From IMG/VR virus record IMGVR_UViG_3300043786_000977, positions 99,907 through 163,906 of that record: a stretch of DNA of 64,000 bases; one strand, 5' to 3'. This document shows, piece after piece, positions 39,129-48,608 of the stretch (positions are counted from its first letter, which is position 1; every line of letters begins with the position of its first letter). The notes under the pieces are model-generated. The model saw only the letters and a program-made list of their open reading frames with translations, ran no database searches and had not been told where the DNA came from. The DNA comes from a virus. Both the position numbers and the translations under genes were made by a program.

Positions 39129-39355
39129 AGTCTGTTGTTCTCCTTGCAGTATCGCTTCTTATTTGCGGCTGCACCACTCCGGTATACGTGCATCGCGATC
39201 CCCAGAGCCTGCACGTCATCCGCATGGAGCGCAACGGCGTGTCGGGCGTCTGGCTGCCCGATGCCTGGTTCAGATCCATCAGGGCCAACGCTTCCACCAT
39301 GCTTGATCTCATGCACGAGGCCGAAGTCGAGGCCAACCAGAAGGTGAAGCCATGA
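39125..39355 (+). CDS. lipoprotein (possible o-spanin-like)
   Basis: Signal peptide plus lipobox LLICGC (MKSVVLLAVSLLICGCTTP). 76 aa. Confidence 0.45.
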   Translation: MKSVVLLAVSLLICGCTTPVYVHRDPQSLHVIRMERNGVSGVWLPDAWFRSIRANASTMLDLMHEAEVEANQKVKP

Positions 39356-39510
39356 ATAATAAGCATATACCGCTGATTTCGACCATTGTGGTAACCGTGG
39401 CAATTCTCTGCATGTACCTTGCGGGAAAGTTAGCTGGGGACCTTGCTATCGGTATGCTAATAGGTAACGTAGCTACCGGGTGGATCACCAGCCGGATGAT
39501 ACGATTTTAG
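39352..39510 (+). CDS. small two-TM membrane protein (holin-like candidate)
   Basis: ATGA overlap with the upstream gene. 52 aa, hydrophobic: MNNKHIPLISTIVVTVAILCMYLAGKLAGDLAIGMLIGNVATGW. Confidence 0.35.
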   Translation: MNNKHIPLISTIVVTVAILCMYLAGKLAGDLAIGMLIGNVATGWITSRMIRF

Positions 39511-39529
39511 CAGGTTGATGAAACGATTT

Positions 39530-39606
39530 AAGGTACCGTAGCTCCAATTGGCAGAGCGCCTCGTTGAAGCCGAGGGCGTTAGTGGTTCAAATCCATTCGG
39601 TACCAC
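39530..39606 (+). tRNA. tRNA-Phe (GAA)
   Basis: Acceptor ggtaccg/cggtacc, anticodon loop ttGAAgc, CCA. Confidence 0.8.
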
Positions 39607-39708
39607 CATGACGATGTGTTGCAACAAAAGCCACCACCTTTAGCGGGGTGTCCTACCAATCGTGGCGATCTAGTATGGTAGTGAACTAGCCAATACGATA
39701 CGCACTGT

Positions 39709-39799
39709 GGAAGCGCAAGCCAACAGCCGGCGATGGCATCGGTCTTGAAAACCGACGATCCGAAAGGACTTGGGCGTTCGACCCGCTCCGCTTCCGCCA
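39709..39799 (+). tRNA. tRNA-Ser (TGA)
   Basis: Acceptor ggaagcg/cgcttcc, anticodon stem tcggt/accga with loop ctTGAaa, long variable arm, CCA. The D arm is irregular. Confidence 0.65.
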
Positions 39800-39846
39800 T
39801 TTAAGATATTGCCTGATACATACAAGGAACTTATGGAACATAAACA

Positions 39847-40608
39847 ATGTCAGACGACACACTCGCTAAACAAGTACAACAGTACAGACACAAGCCGATG
39901 GACCCGAACCGCAAGGCACGTGAACAGATTCGCCTATTTTATAGAGCGATCCTAGACGCTGCAGGCGGCGAGATATGGTCACAGGAGTTGACGCAATCCA
40001 AGTCCATGCTGGATATACTCCGACCTCACATGGAGGACACAGGGCCCTGGGATATCATATGTGGCTGGTGGAATAATCGGAACCCAGTCGATCTCATTCA
40101 ACAGGCCGAAGCGTGGCACACGCCAGGTGACGATGGGCCTATCCGTGTTTACTTCCTTAGTAATTCGCACCTCAAGACCTGGGTACTTCGGGATCAGATG
40201 GGAGCGGTAACTTACTGGGAAGGTACAGCTAATTTCAAGGAACCTTGCCAGGCAAACCGCATGACACGCGTCGATGGCGAGAAACCACAGGCGTGGATTG
40301 CTGAAGATCTGGCGTACTTCCGTACCCTACTGACACCTTATCATAAGGGTATGACGGGTGACGAGATCCGGCGTGGTCCTGTTTGTGATGGTCATGTCGT
40401 TGCACGTGAAGGCTCGGTCACGAGTATCGGGCGGTGCATTTACAGCTACGAGCGCGATCAATGGGCGCAAGGACGTTTCATAAACGCACCCCAAGTCACT
40501 GCAACTGGTCCAAAGGTACCAGGTGGCACACCACCGCCGCCGGTATCACCTAACAGCGTAAACGTATTCGGTGGTCACGTTACGATTGAACAAGTAGGAG
40601 AACGATAA
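39847..40608 (+). CDS. hypothetical protein
   Basis: 253 aa ORF. Confidence 0.5.
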   Translation: MSDDTLAKQVQQYRHKPMDPNRKAREQIRLFYRAILDAAGGEIWSQELTQSKSMLDILRPHMEDTGPWDIICGWWNNRNPVDLIQQAEAWHTPGDDGPIRVYFLSNSHLKTWVLRDQMGAVTYWEGTANFKEPCQANRMTRVDGEKPQAWIAEDLAYFRTLLTPYHKGMTGDEIRRGPVCDGHVVAREGSVTSIGRCIYSYERDQWAQGRFINAPQVTATGPKVPGGTPPPPVSPNSVNVFGGHVTIEQVGER

Positions 40609-41018
40609 TGCAGTTCCTAAAACAAAGCACCACGAGTCCACGTTCGTTTGTTGCCCGGGTCCCGATAGCGTATACTACACCAGCGCCCGAGAAGGCACCG
40701 ACGCATATGAAGGTCAGCGTATGCTACGCCCTAGGTGGTGTCAACTACTTCAATGGTAGTACGGACAGACGTGGTTATCGTGTGGATATACGGCCTGTAA
40801 CGTGGGCGCCGAACAGCGGTTGTGAGTCGTTCATGCTCTTCGGAGATCGTAAGCAGAGTGGCGGTTATCTGCTATTGAAGGCAGCAGACCGGTACAATGC
40901 ACGCCAACTACAGGTACTGGCCGAGCGTATCGACCCGTTGGTACCCAAGATCATTGAGGCGTTCAACAACAACGTTGATTGTGAGGGGTTGCGTAGAATC
41001 GTAGGTGTAGAGCAGTAG
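40608..41018 (+). CDS. hypothetical protein
   Basis: 136 aa. The stop overlaps the start of tRNA-Arg by 10 nt. Confidence 0.5.
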   Translation: MQFLKQSTTSPRSFVARVPIAYTTPAPEKAPTHMKVSVCYALGGVNYFNGSTDRRGYRVDIRPVTWAPNSGCESFMLFGDRKQSGGYLLLKAADRYNARQLQVLAERIDPLVPKIIEAFNNNVDCEGLRRIVGVEQ

Positions 41019-41085
41019 CTCAACTGGAGAGAGCATGGGATTTCTAATCCCAGGGTTCCGAGTTCGAGTCTCGGCTGCTCTACCA
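41009..41085 (+). tRNA. tRNA-Arg (TCT)
   Basis: Acceptor agagcag/ctgctct, anticodon stem tggga/tccca with loop ttTCTaa, T arm ccgag-ttcgagt-ctcgg, CCA. Confidence 0.8.
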
Positions 41086-41091
41086 GCATTT

Positions 41092-41167
41092 AGGATGGTA
41101 GCTCAATTGGCAGAGCACCGGTCTCCAAAACCGGTTGTTGTCGGTTCGATGCCGGCCCATCCTGCCA
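41092..41167 (+). tRNA. tRNA-Trp (CCA)
   Basis: Acceptor aggatgg/ccatcct, anticodon loop ctCCAaa, CCA. Confidence 0.85.
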
Positions 41168-41178
41168 ACAGGAGGAAT

Positions 41179-41475
41179 ATGGCGAGAAACAAGTTACCGT
41201 ATATCGACGAAGAGATTCCCGTGACGATTGATATGAGTAAGGTCGGTCTGCGCAAGTTTCAGATGCTGATCAATGCTCATTTCTGCAGTAAGGGTAAGAT
41301 CCCCATGGATGAACAGACGGCGGCAGACTGTCGCAAGGCGCAAGAACGTCTGAACATGAATCATATCCACAAGGTGGTCATCCGTGTATACGCCGACGGT
41401 ACACAGGAGATGTTAGGACCACGGCACAGGAATCGTGCTGAGATGCGGCGTAAGCCAGCGCGTTGGACTATTTAA
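41179..41475 (+). CDS. hypothetical protein
   Basis: ATG at 41179 after AGGAGGAA. The upstream part of the listed ORF overlaps tRNAs. 98 aa. Confidence 0.5.
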   Translation: MARNKLPYIDEEIPVTIDMSKVGLRKFQMLINAHFCSKGKIPMDEQTAADCRKAQERLNMNHIHKVVIRVYADGTQEMLGPRHRNRAEMRRKPARWTI

Positions 41476-41500
41476 CAAGCGGAGCATAACGAGGTGATAC

Positions 41501-41663
41501 GTGAAAGTAACAGAGGCGAAGAAACGTGGTTTCGATTTGTCGGAAAAGGTACCTGATGAACAGGATGTCGTAACGATAGCCTGTTCGCAGTGTGCGGCCG
41601 TTGTGATAAACGGTGTACCGTGTCATGAAACAGGTTGTCCAAACAGGAACCACCACAAATCAT
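41501..41663 (+). CDS. small zinc-ribbon protein (GTG start)
   Basis: GAGGTGA followed by GTG. 54 aa with CSQC...CHETGC. Confidence 0.3.
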
Positions 41664-41844
41664 GAAAATACAATTGACGTTTAAGACCCCTGATGTTATA
41701 GACACGGTGATGGATGAGTGCCCAGTCGAAGATATCAGGGATGAGGTACAGGCGGCGATTCGTAAATGGGTCTGCCATGACGAGTATATCACTGTCGAGA
41801 TCGACACGCAGGCTGGTACCTGTGTCGTGATGCCCGTGTCATAG
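41662..41844 (+). CDS. hypothetical small protein
   Basis: ATGA overlap. MKIQLTFK..., 60 aa. Confidence 0.4.
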   Translation: MKIQLTFKTPDVIDTVMDECPVEDIRDEVQAAIRKWVCHDEYITVEIDTQAGTCVVMPVS

Positions 41845-41850
41845 TTTAAT

Positions 41851-41927
41851 CGGGGTGTAGCGCAGTCTGGTAGCGCGTCTGCCTTGGGCGCAGAAGGCCG
41901 TGAGTTCGAATCTCGCCGCCCCGACCA
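41851..41927 (+). tRNA. tRNA-Pro (TGG)
   Basis: Acceptor cggggtg/cgccccg, anticodon loop ctTGGgc, CCA. Confidence 0.8.
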
Positions 41928-41944
41928 GTTCAATTCAACAATGT

Positions 41945-42019
41945 GTCCCCATCGTCTAACGGTTAGGACAGCAGGCCTTCAACCTGCGAATCGGAGTTCG
42001 ACTCTCCGTGGGGACGCCA
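41945..42019 (+). tRNA. tRNA-Glu (TTC)
   Basis: Acceptor gtcccca/tggggac, anticodon loop ctTTCaa, CCA. Confidence 0.85.
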
Positions 42020-42200
42020 ATCAAGGAATACAAGCACGGCTACGAAACGCGAATCTGTTAATAATCTCAGGCTGGTCTGTCCGCATCATGCGAGCGCCGA
42101 ACGTGCTGCGACGCAAGCAGCGCTGACTGCAGGTAAGCTAAAACTTGCTGTCGGTGATTTTGTTAAGCGCGCATTCCATCAAGGCGGGCGTACCGAACAC

Positions 42201-42356
42201 ATGTGGATCAAACTCGATAAGATCAACCGCAAAACGTTAAGCGGTAAATTGGCTAATGACCCTGTGTGTATAACCAATGTCAAATGTGGTGATACGATCA
42301 AATTCAAATCGGAAGATGTTTCAAACTACCTTCCAGGAAAAGGAGCATGCAAATGA
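42201..42356 (+). CDS. possible small CDS or pseudogene
   Basis: Open frame running from inside tRNA-Glu to 42356 (...FHQGGRTEHMWIKLDKINRKT...VCITNVKCGDTIKF...). The only ATG is at 42201, so a truncated gene or non-ATG start is possible. Confidence 0.25.
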   Translation: MWIKLDKINRKTLSGKLANDPVCITNVKCGDTIKFKSEDVSNYLPGKGACK

Positions 42357-42637
42357 GTGAAGCAAACGAAGTGAATCCTGACCCCGTCGTTGAAGCAGCG
42401 CCCAGTGTTGTAGTGGAGCCCATCGTCCAGACGCCGCGTGAGTACCTGCTCACGGTACAGCGCCGGTTCATCGCTGTAGACCATGTCGAAGCACGGCGGT
42501 TAGCCTGTGAGCTGCTGTATCGGATGAACTATGTCGCGGTGGAAGGCGGGCCAATCACGACAATCCCTGAGGAACAGGGTACGATCAAACTGCAGGCCGT
42601 GAGCGCGACCAAACCGCCGGAGAAGGTCACGCTGTAA
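42353..42637 (+). CDS. hypothetical protein
   Basis: AAAGGAG 8 nt upstream of the ATG at 42353. 94 aa. Confidence 0.5.
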   Translation: MSEANEVNPDPVVEAAPSVVVEPIVQTPREYLLTVQRRFIAVDHVEARRLACELLYRMNYVAVEGGPITTIPEEQGTIKLQAVSATKPPEKVTL

Positions 42638-42653
42638 GTCGTCAGATTTCATC

Positions 42654-42729
42654 GGGGGTGTAACTCAGTCGGTAGAGTAGCTGACTCTTAATCAGTTAGT
42701 CGGGGGTTCGAATCCCTCCACCCCTACCA
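42654..42729 (+). tRNA. tRNA-Lys (CTT)
   Basis: Anticodon stem gctga/tcagt with loop ctCTTaa, T arm ggggg-ttcgaat-ccctc, CCA. Confidence 0.75.
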
Positions 42730-42838
42730 GTCACGGAATCAAGGCTTTCGTACTTGCGAGTCAGGCCACGAGTCTATGCAGTGATGTACGACTGCGATAG
42801 TGGATAAACCAGACCGCCCATTTAATAGGAACGAACGC

Positions 42839-43567
42839 ATGAGCAAACTACAAAAATCACACGGAAATATGTACGATTGGGTTTCGCACGTCCACGCGCA
42901 CATCGGTGGTGAGTGCCCCCATAAGTGTACATACTGTTATGTCGCCGGCCCCGAGGGGGATATGCGCCCGGAACAATTCCGAGGTCCGGTACGCATGTTG
43001 GATGGCGCTCTCGCCGTCGATTACGGTACCGGCAAGACCATATTCATTGATCACTGCCATGATCTGTTCGCGGAGCAGGTACCGGATGAAATGATCCGGG
43101 ATGTCTTGCTCCACTGCCATCGTTACCCCAAGAACACGTACGTGTACCAGACAAAGAATCCGCTCCGTCTCTGGCGTTTCAAATTATGGATTCCAAAAGG
43201 ATCGTGGTTGGGTTGTACGATCGAAACGAACAGGGATACCAAAGCAATCAGTACGGCGCCTGCGCCCTACGATCGCATGTGTCAGATTGGTTCTAAATCA
43301 TTCGGAGAGTTCAAGCGTTTCATTACGATTGAACCTATTCTCGACTTCGATCCAGATCCGTTTATAGCCTGGATCGTTTACGCAAAACCCGACTTCGTGA
43401 ACATCGGTGCAGATTCGAAGCGGCACGGGCTGGACGAGCCGTCACCCGATAAGATCCGAGCGTTGGTCAAGGGACTGCAGGACGCGGGCATTACGATCAA
43501 GAAGAAACACAACCTGGTACGGTTGGTACCTGAATACGCGGGGGTGTCTGTTGAGGACCCTCAGTAA
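42839..43567 (+). CDS. radical SAM domain protein
   Basis: CPHKCTYC (CxxxCxxC). ATG at 42839 after AGGAACGAA. The listed ORF begins at 42800. Confidence 0.55.
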   Translation: MSKLQKSHGNMYDWVSHVHAHIGGECPHKCTYCYVAGPEGDMRPEQFRGPVRMLDGALAVDYGTGKTIFIDHCHDLFAEQVPDEMIRDVLLHCHRYPKNTYVYQTKNPLRLWRFKLWIPKGSWLGCTIETNRDTKAISTAPAPYDRMCQIGSKSFGEFKRFITIEPILDFDPDPFIAWIVYAKPDFVNIGADSKRHGLDEPSPDKIRALVKGLQDAGITIKKKHNLVRLVPEYAGVSVEDPQ

Positions 43568-43573
43568 TCATAT

Positions 43574-43649
<76 letters not shown>

Positions 43650-43783
43650 CTTAATGTCGGTTATACTTGACACTAACCACGCTTACGTCGATCATACAAT
43701 ACATAACAAGGACATGCATATGCGTACACGACGGAACACTGTGTTTTAGATTGCCAATAACGGCAATTGAAAGGACAGGTAAC

Positions 43784-44077
43784 ATGAGTAGGACGTACCG
43801 GACAAACGAGGAATGTTCCAGGGCTTATGCCCACGGACATTACTGGACCTGGGACGAGGAACGGCTTCTGTGCGACCGTTTGGGTGTGTGGACCATGGGT
43901 TGGAAACGTGTGTACATGGTTAACCGGCAGGCACGGGATCGTAAGCACTGGGATAAACCGCCCAAGTGGTTCAAACAACAACGGCGCCGTGAAGAACGCG
44001 CACGTGTCAAGGTTGCCATGCGTAGCGGCAGGGAGATACCCATTTTCAAGAAAAGCGACCAATGGGACTGGACATGA
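43784..44077 (+). CDS. hypothetical protein
   Basis: ATG at 43784 after AGGACAGG. 97 aa. Confidence 0.45.
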   Translation: MSRTYRTNEECSRAYAHGHYWTWDEERLLCDRLGVWTMGWKRVYMVNRQARDRKHWDKPPKWFKQQRRREERARVKVAMRSGREIPIFKKSDQWDWT

Positions 44078-44361
44078 ACAACGACAGAACGAAGAAGGAG
44101 TGGGCGACAGTTATCCACCGGCGCAAATACGCACTCCAGAAAGTGGCGGAGCGCCTGGGTAAGGAACATCCGCTTACACAGATGATGGGTGCGATGGCCT
44201 GGGGGCGGAACGAGGCTGAACCCGGGCCTAATCACACTCTGCGTAAGGTGATCTACGAAGCCGCCTTCTTGGAAGGGGCTTATACGGTTTTGAATACGTG
44301 GGCCAGAGACAACGATGTGTCTGCACAGAATGTACTGATTAAGATCTGGCATGAGGGATAA
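44062..44361 (+). CDS. hypothetical protein
   Basis: 99 aa ORF. Confidence 0.45.
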   Translation: MGLDMNNDRTKKEWATVIHRRKYALQKVAERLGKEHPLTQMMGAMAWGRNEAEPGPNHTLRKVIYEAAFLEGAYTVLNTWARDNDVSAQNVLIKIWHEG

Positions 44362-44500
44362 TCAATGGGTGAGGGAGCCCGGAGGGCCTCGTAAGTCCGC
44401 ACCGCTTGCCTGGTTAGGCAGTGGGGCTGCCGTTCGAATCGGCGTCCCGGCGGTGTTACGAACCGGGTTCCCAAGCCCACCAGTCGCTGATGCTCATAAT

Positions 44501-44577
44501 GTGCCCGTAGCTCAACTGGATTGAGCGTCAGCCTACGGAGCTGAAGGCTGCAGGTTCAAGTCCTGCCGGGCACGCCA
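44501..44577 (+). tRNA. tRNA-Arg (ACG)
   Basis: Acceptor gtgcccg/cgggcac, anticodon stem tcagc/gctga with loop ctACGga, CCA. Confidence 0.8.
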
Positions 44578-44592
44578 ACAACGAAAGGGTAT

Positions 44593-44865
44593 ATGGCTTT
44601 TAATAATGTGACACCGTTCGACCCGTACGCAGCGCTTCTGCATGCACGTTGGACGGCAGGTAAAGGACCGGCTGAGCTCGTGGGTTACTGGGCCGAGGAC
44701 GGTAACGAATATGCGATCCTGGTACCACCACAGCTACGCGACACGCTGCTCGAGTTGCAGAACGTGTTAGCAGACCGTTATGATCGTATACGGACTCTCC
44801 GTGTGCAACTTGCGAGAGCGGAAGCGGACGCCCAGGCTCTTCTCGGAGATAAGTCCGGTGTCTGA
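44593..44865 (+). CDS. hypothetical protein
   Basis: 90 aa ORF. Confidence 0.45.
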   Translation: MAFNNVTPFDPYAALLHARWTAGKGPAELVGYWAEDGNEYAILVPPQLRDTLLELQNVLADRYDRIRTLRVQLARAEADAQALLGDKSGV

Positions 44866-45084
44866 ACAGGTACGCCGGGTACAAGTAACTCTGGATAAGA
44901 TAGGCATGGCGCTTTGGCCTTCAGATGTTTTGCTAGAGTATTGCGACGACGTCTGGTATGATACTGCCTGTTTGACACGAGGTGCCGACCGATTGAACTG
45001 GGTTGCCATGGATTGTTTGTTGGGCCGGCGTTTGCGTCCGGGTGAACGCATTGTTTTGTCGGTAAAGGAATTGATAGACGTTGC

Positions 45085-45161
45085 CCAGGTGTAGCTCAGT
45101 TGGTTGGAGCGCGTCCCTGATAAGGACGAGGTCGACTGTTCGACTCAGTCCACCTGGACCA
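45085..45161 (+). tRNA. tRNA-Ile (GAT)
   Basis: Acceptor ccaggtg/cacctgg, anticodon loop ctGATaa, CCA. Confidence 0.8.
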
Positions 45162-45178
45162 TTTTTGAAGTGGGTAAC

Positions 45179-45262
45179 GGGCGAGTGGTGGAATCGCAGA
45201 CACGTAGGCCTTAGGAGCCTATGCCGGAAGGCGTGTGGGTTCAATTCCCGCCTCGCCCACCA
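45179..45262 (+). tRNA. tRNA-Leu (TAG)
   Basis: Acceptor gggcgag/ctcgccc, anticodon stem taggc/gccta with loop ctTAGga, long variable arm, CCA. Confidence 0.75.
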
Positions 45263-45308
45263 TTTTAATGTAGCTTTACACGGAGTTGGTTTGTGAGCTG
45301 TTTTCCTC

Positions 45309-45345
45309 GGGTGGTGAAATTGGCAGACACAAGGGACTTGATTGA
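45309..45345 (+). pseudogene. truncated tRNA-Leu-like 5' fragment
   Basis: gggtggtgaaattggcagacac resembles the 5' acceptor/D arm of the adjacent tRNA-Leu (gggcgagtggtggaatcgcagacac). No downstream 3' half is present. Confidence 0.3.
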
Positions 45346-45398
45346 CATACGATAAGTGACCGTTGACACTATGCCTACCGTTCTGTTATGATGTTGTT

Positions 45399-45863
45399 AT
45401 GCGACGACATTACAAGCAGTATACGGACGACGACATAGTTCAAGCAGCAAAACAGGTCAAGTCAATAGCTGGTCTATTACGCATTTTAGGATTACGGCCT
45501 GTCGGTGGAAATTACGGTAATATTAAACGGCATCTAAAACGTTTAGATATTGACTGTGCACACTGGACAGGTCGGGCTTGGAATCGTGGTAGCAGGGTTA
45601 AAGATTGGGTGCAGTACAGGAAGATAGAACATTTGAAACGTCATATGATCAGACTGACGGGTCATCGGTGTCAACGATGTAGACGACGCCAGTGGCAGAC
45701 GGTTGATATACCGTTGGAAGTACACCATATTGACGGGGATCGATGTAACAATCGATTAACAAATCTAGAGTTATTGTGCCCCAACTGTCACGCGTTGACA
45801 GATTATTATCGTGGTCGCAAATTGAGCACCGTATCGGTGACGATAGGAGTGAATCCTGGCTAA
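45399..45863 (+). CDS. HNH homing endonuclease
   Basis: LEVHHIDGDRCNNRLTNLELLCPNCH. Confidence 0.7.
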   Translation: MRRHYKQYTDDDIVQAAKQVKSIAGLLRILGLRPVGGNYGNIKRHLKRLDIDCAHWTGRAWNRGSRVKDWVQYRKIEHLKRHMIRLTGHRCQRCRRRQWQTVDIPLEVHHIDGDRCNNRLTNLELLCPNCHALTDYYRGRKLSTVSVTIGVNPG

Positions 45864-46041
45864 GTCGGTAGAACCTAGGCTGTGGTAATGCCGAGCTAGG
45901 TCGAAAGACCGAGTGTAGAGACTTTACACCAGGCACCTCGGGAGAGGTGAAGACAAAGTCCAGACCACAATGTGAAAACGATGTGGCAGGAAAATCCCTT
46001 ATCCGTATGGGTGTGCGGGTTCAAGTCCCGCCCCGAGGACC
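45849..46041 (+). ncRNA. candidate structured RNA ending in a canonical tRNA-like T arm/acceptor/CCA
   Basis: The 3' end gcggg-ttcaagt-cccgc + cccgagg + a + cca pairs with cctcggg about 110 nt upstream (45923). No complete cloverleaf exists, so this is either a tRNA with a large insertion or a tRNA-like-ended sRNA. Confidence 0.25.
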
Positions 46042-46261
46042 AATACAGCACGTATTATTACGAGAATGACAATGAGTTTGGACAAGTCAATTGAATCTGG
46101 GCGTGAACGACGTCGTCAGTTCCGCGGTGTAAAAGCTGTCGATAGGACATGCCGGAATCATGGTACCTGTAATTGGTGCAAATCAAACAGGGGTTTCGCG
46201 AATAAACAAGACGAAGAGGCTGCGGACGAACAACTCCGTGCCTGGAAACGAGGAGAACTAG

Positions 46262-47284
46262 ATGAAGACTAAAACGAAAATTGACAACTACATCAACCAT
46301 GTGTTGTTTGTGTTGGACGAAAGCGGTTCCATGGGGTCCCTGGCGGACGCAGTCGTACAGGTGTTTGATGCACAGGTTGCGCATCTGGCCAAGCGATCAC
46401 AAGAACTGGATCAGGAGACACGGGTAACGGTCGTGGTATTCAACGACTCGCAGTATACGCGCACGCTCATCTACGACAAGGATGTACTGCGGTTGCCCAG
46501 TCTGGCCGGTTACTATGTTCCGTACGGCGGGACGCCTTTGATTGACGCGACGCTGACTGCGGTGGCCGATCTACGTATGACGCCTGAGAAGCATGGTGAC
46601 CACGCCTTCCTGGGTTACGTCTTGACGGACGGGCAGGAGAACCGCAGCACTAACACGCCAGCGGCCTTGGCGAAGATGATCCGGGACCTCCCGGACAACT
46701 GGACACTGGCAGTGTTGGTACCCAACCAGTACGGCGTGCACGAAGCGAAGCGTTTCGGGTTCCCTGCTGACAATATCGCGATATGGGATGCTACAAGCGC
46801 CAAGGGTCTCGACGAGGCCGTCGCAAAGATCCGTACTACGACCGAGACTTTCATGCAGGGTCGTACCCAGGGTATCCGCGGTAGCCGCAGTATCTTCAAG
46901 GTCGACACTTCGAACCTCAAGCACAGCACAGTCAAGCAGGTCTTGGACAAGTTGCCTGCGACTGACTATTCGATCTGGGATGTGCGTACGGACGCCGAGA
47001 TTCGCGATTTCGTCGAGTCACGCACCAAACTCCCTTACAAGAAGGGGATGGCGTTTTACATGCTGACCAAACCCGAGATTGTGCAGGCGCGTAAGCGCGT
47101 AGCTGTTCACGAGAAAGCGACGGGCGCCGTGTACAGCGGCGATTCGGCGCGCCAGTTGATAGGGCTACCCGCGGACAAAGCGCGTGTGGTACCAGGTGAC
47201 TTCAGTGCCTACGATATCTTCATACAATCCACAAGTGTAAACAGACGTTTGCTCGGTGGTACCAAGTTGTTACTGATTAGTTAA
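46262..47284 (+). CDS. vWA domain protein
   Basis: MIDAS motif VLFVLDESGSMGS. 340 aa. Confidence 0.6.
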   Translation: MKTKTKIDNYINHVLFVLDESGSMGSLADAVVQVFDAQVAHLAKRSQELDQETRVTVVVFNDSQYTRTLIYDKDVLRLPSLAGYYVPYGGTPLIDATLTAVADLRMTPEKHGDHAFLGYVLTDGQENRSTNTPAALAKMIRDLPDNWTLAVLVPNQYGVHEAKRFGFPADNIAIWDATSAKGLDEAVAKIRTTTETFMQGRTQGIRGSRSIFKVDTSNLKHSTVKQVLDKLPATDYSIWDVRTDAEIRDFVESRTKLPYKKGMAFYMLTKPEIVQARKRVAVHEKATGAVYSGDSARQLIGLPADKARVVPGDFSAYDIFIQSTSVNRRLLGGTKLLLIS

Positions 47285-47290
47285 GTATGG

Positions 47291-47376
47291 GGCCGGCGTG
47301 GCGGAATGGCAGACGCGATAGACTCAAAATCTATTAGTGGTAACACTGTGGGGGTTCAAGTCCCTCCGCCGGCACC
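47291..47376 (+). tRNA. tRNA-Leu (CAA)
   Basis: Acceptor gccggcg/cgccggc, anticodon stem ataga/tctat with loop ctCAAaa, long variable arm, CCA. Confidence 0.8.
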
Positions 47377-47465
47377 AGCATGCAGACTCATAGGGCTTCC
47401 AGTATTTTGAATTGACACTTTTCGCAAGAAGTGATATTGTAGTTTCAGAAATGGGAGGAACCATA

Positions 47466-48137
47466 ATGAAACTACAAGACAGCGACATACTTGACGATGT
47501 GCGACGCGTTAGAGTTATGCTCGGTAGAGTTCCGACAGGAAATGACTACAAAGAACACGGACGATTTTGTTTAAATTCCGTGCGCCGGAGATTCAGTAAT
47601 CAATGGAATAAGTGTCTGTTGAAACTCTTCGGAGAAGTTGTGCATACCCAACAGAAAGCGTGGGTAAAGTCTGAATGTGAATTCTGTCATAAGCCGATAA
47701 CTTTTCCTCGGAGTTCTTCGAAACGCTTTTGTTCAAAGTCTTGTTCCTGCAAGGGAATCAAGCGGCGCAAACGGAAGGTATGGATTTGCGTGGAGTGTGG
47801 TAAAGAAGCACCGTCAAGGCGCTCACGTTGTGCTGCGTGTTTTGCTGGTGCCGGAATAGCGCGTAAGACGATCGGGGAATACAGAAGTAAAAGGAATGAC
47901 TCAAACCGGTACGCAGAAGTACGGGAACATGCGAGAAGGGTCGCACATGTGTTGCCAGATAAATGTCTCGTGTGTGGCTATGATAAGTCTGTGGTTGTGT
48001 GTCATAAGATTCCGATACCGGAGTTCTCTGATGATACGCTTGTGAGCGTAGTCAATGCATTGTCAAATCTGGTGAAGTTGTGTAGGAATCATCATTGGGA
48101 GTATGACAAGGGATTGCTTAACATTAAGGGCTCGTAG
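47466..48137 (+). CDS. HNH-like endonuclease with N-terminal zinc-binding region
   Basis: GGGAGGAA RBS, ATG at 47466. Contains VVCHKIP...LVKLCRNHHWEYD. 223 aa. Confidence 0.5.
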   Translation: MKLQDSDILDDVRRVRVMLGRVPTGNDYKEHGRFCLNSVRRRFSNQWNKCLLKLFGEVVHTQQKAWVKSECEFCHKPITFPRSSSKRFCSKSCSCKGIKRRKRKVWICVECGKEAPSRRSRCAACFAGAGIARKTIGEYRSKRNDSNRYAEVREHARRVAHVLPDKCLVCGYDKSVVVCHKIPIPEFSDDTLVSVVNALSNLVKLCRNHHWEYDKGLLNIKGS

Positions 48138-48204
48138 CACAATAGGTTAGTGCTGTAGTCCCATAAACTACGGGTTCTCAGTTCGAGTCTGAGCGAGCCC
48201 ACCA
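48128..48204 (+). tRNA. tRNA-Met (CAT), elongator-type
   Basis: Acceptor gggctcg/cgagccc, anticodon stem gtagt/actac with loop ccCATaa, CCA. Confidence 0.75.
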
Positions 48205-48221
48205 ATTAACGGGAGAATACA

Positions 48222-48509
48222 ATGGGATGGTTCATGGTTGATCGCTGTCATCACCACAAGTTGACACAAGTCCAGAAAGATGGATACCAGTATTGCGAAC
48301 AGTGCGGTAAGGCAATTGTACCTCCGCCTCTACCTCAGGTTCAGCCCACGTTGTGTAAACACAAACTTGAAACGACTGAGAGAGGTGTGCAGATCAAGAC
48401 AAGTGCGGGTGCAACCCAAGTACAACATGTACAACGCTGTACCGAGTGTGGTCGTATGTTTACGTATAACGAAACAGTGGGGGCGTATAACGAGCGTAAC
48501 GCTCCGTGA
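48222..48509 (+). CDS. zinc-ribbon protein
   Basis: RBS GGGAGAA. Contains CEQCGK...CTECGRMF. Confidence 0.45.
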   Translation: MGWFMVDRCHHHKLTQVQKDGYQYCEQCGKAIVPPPLPQVQPTLCKHKLETTERGVQIKTSAGATQVQHVQRCTECGRMFTYNETVGAYNERNAP

Positions 48510-48608
48510 TACAGCAAAGCCAGTTGATTACACAACGGGTCAACTGGTATACGAATAACCGTTGCAAAACCACAAGCCGGTGACAAAACGGCTGGGACGA
48601 CATGACAG

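Noticed and set aside
41035-41178. 5' portion of track ORF 41035..41475, and ORFs 41884..42126, 53209..53565(-) and 54412..54615(-)
   Set aside because: They run through tRNA genes (Arg/Trp, Pro/Glu, Ala/Tyr, Asn/Cys). Real starts were placed downstream of the tRNAs.
44383-44480. Possible tRNA (T-loop-like gccg-ttcgaat-cggc)
   Set aside because: No consistent acceptor, D or anticodon arms could be built (best acceptor pairing 6/7, no CCA, no U33). Treated as a degenerate tRNA-like remnant or structured spacer.
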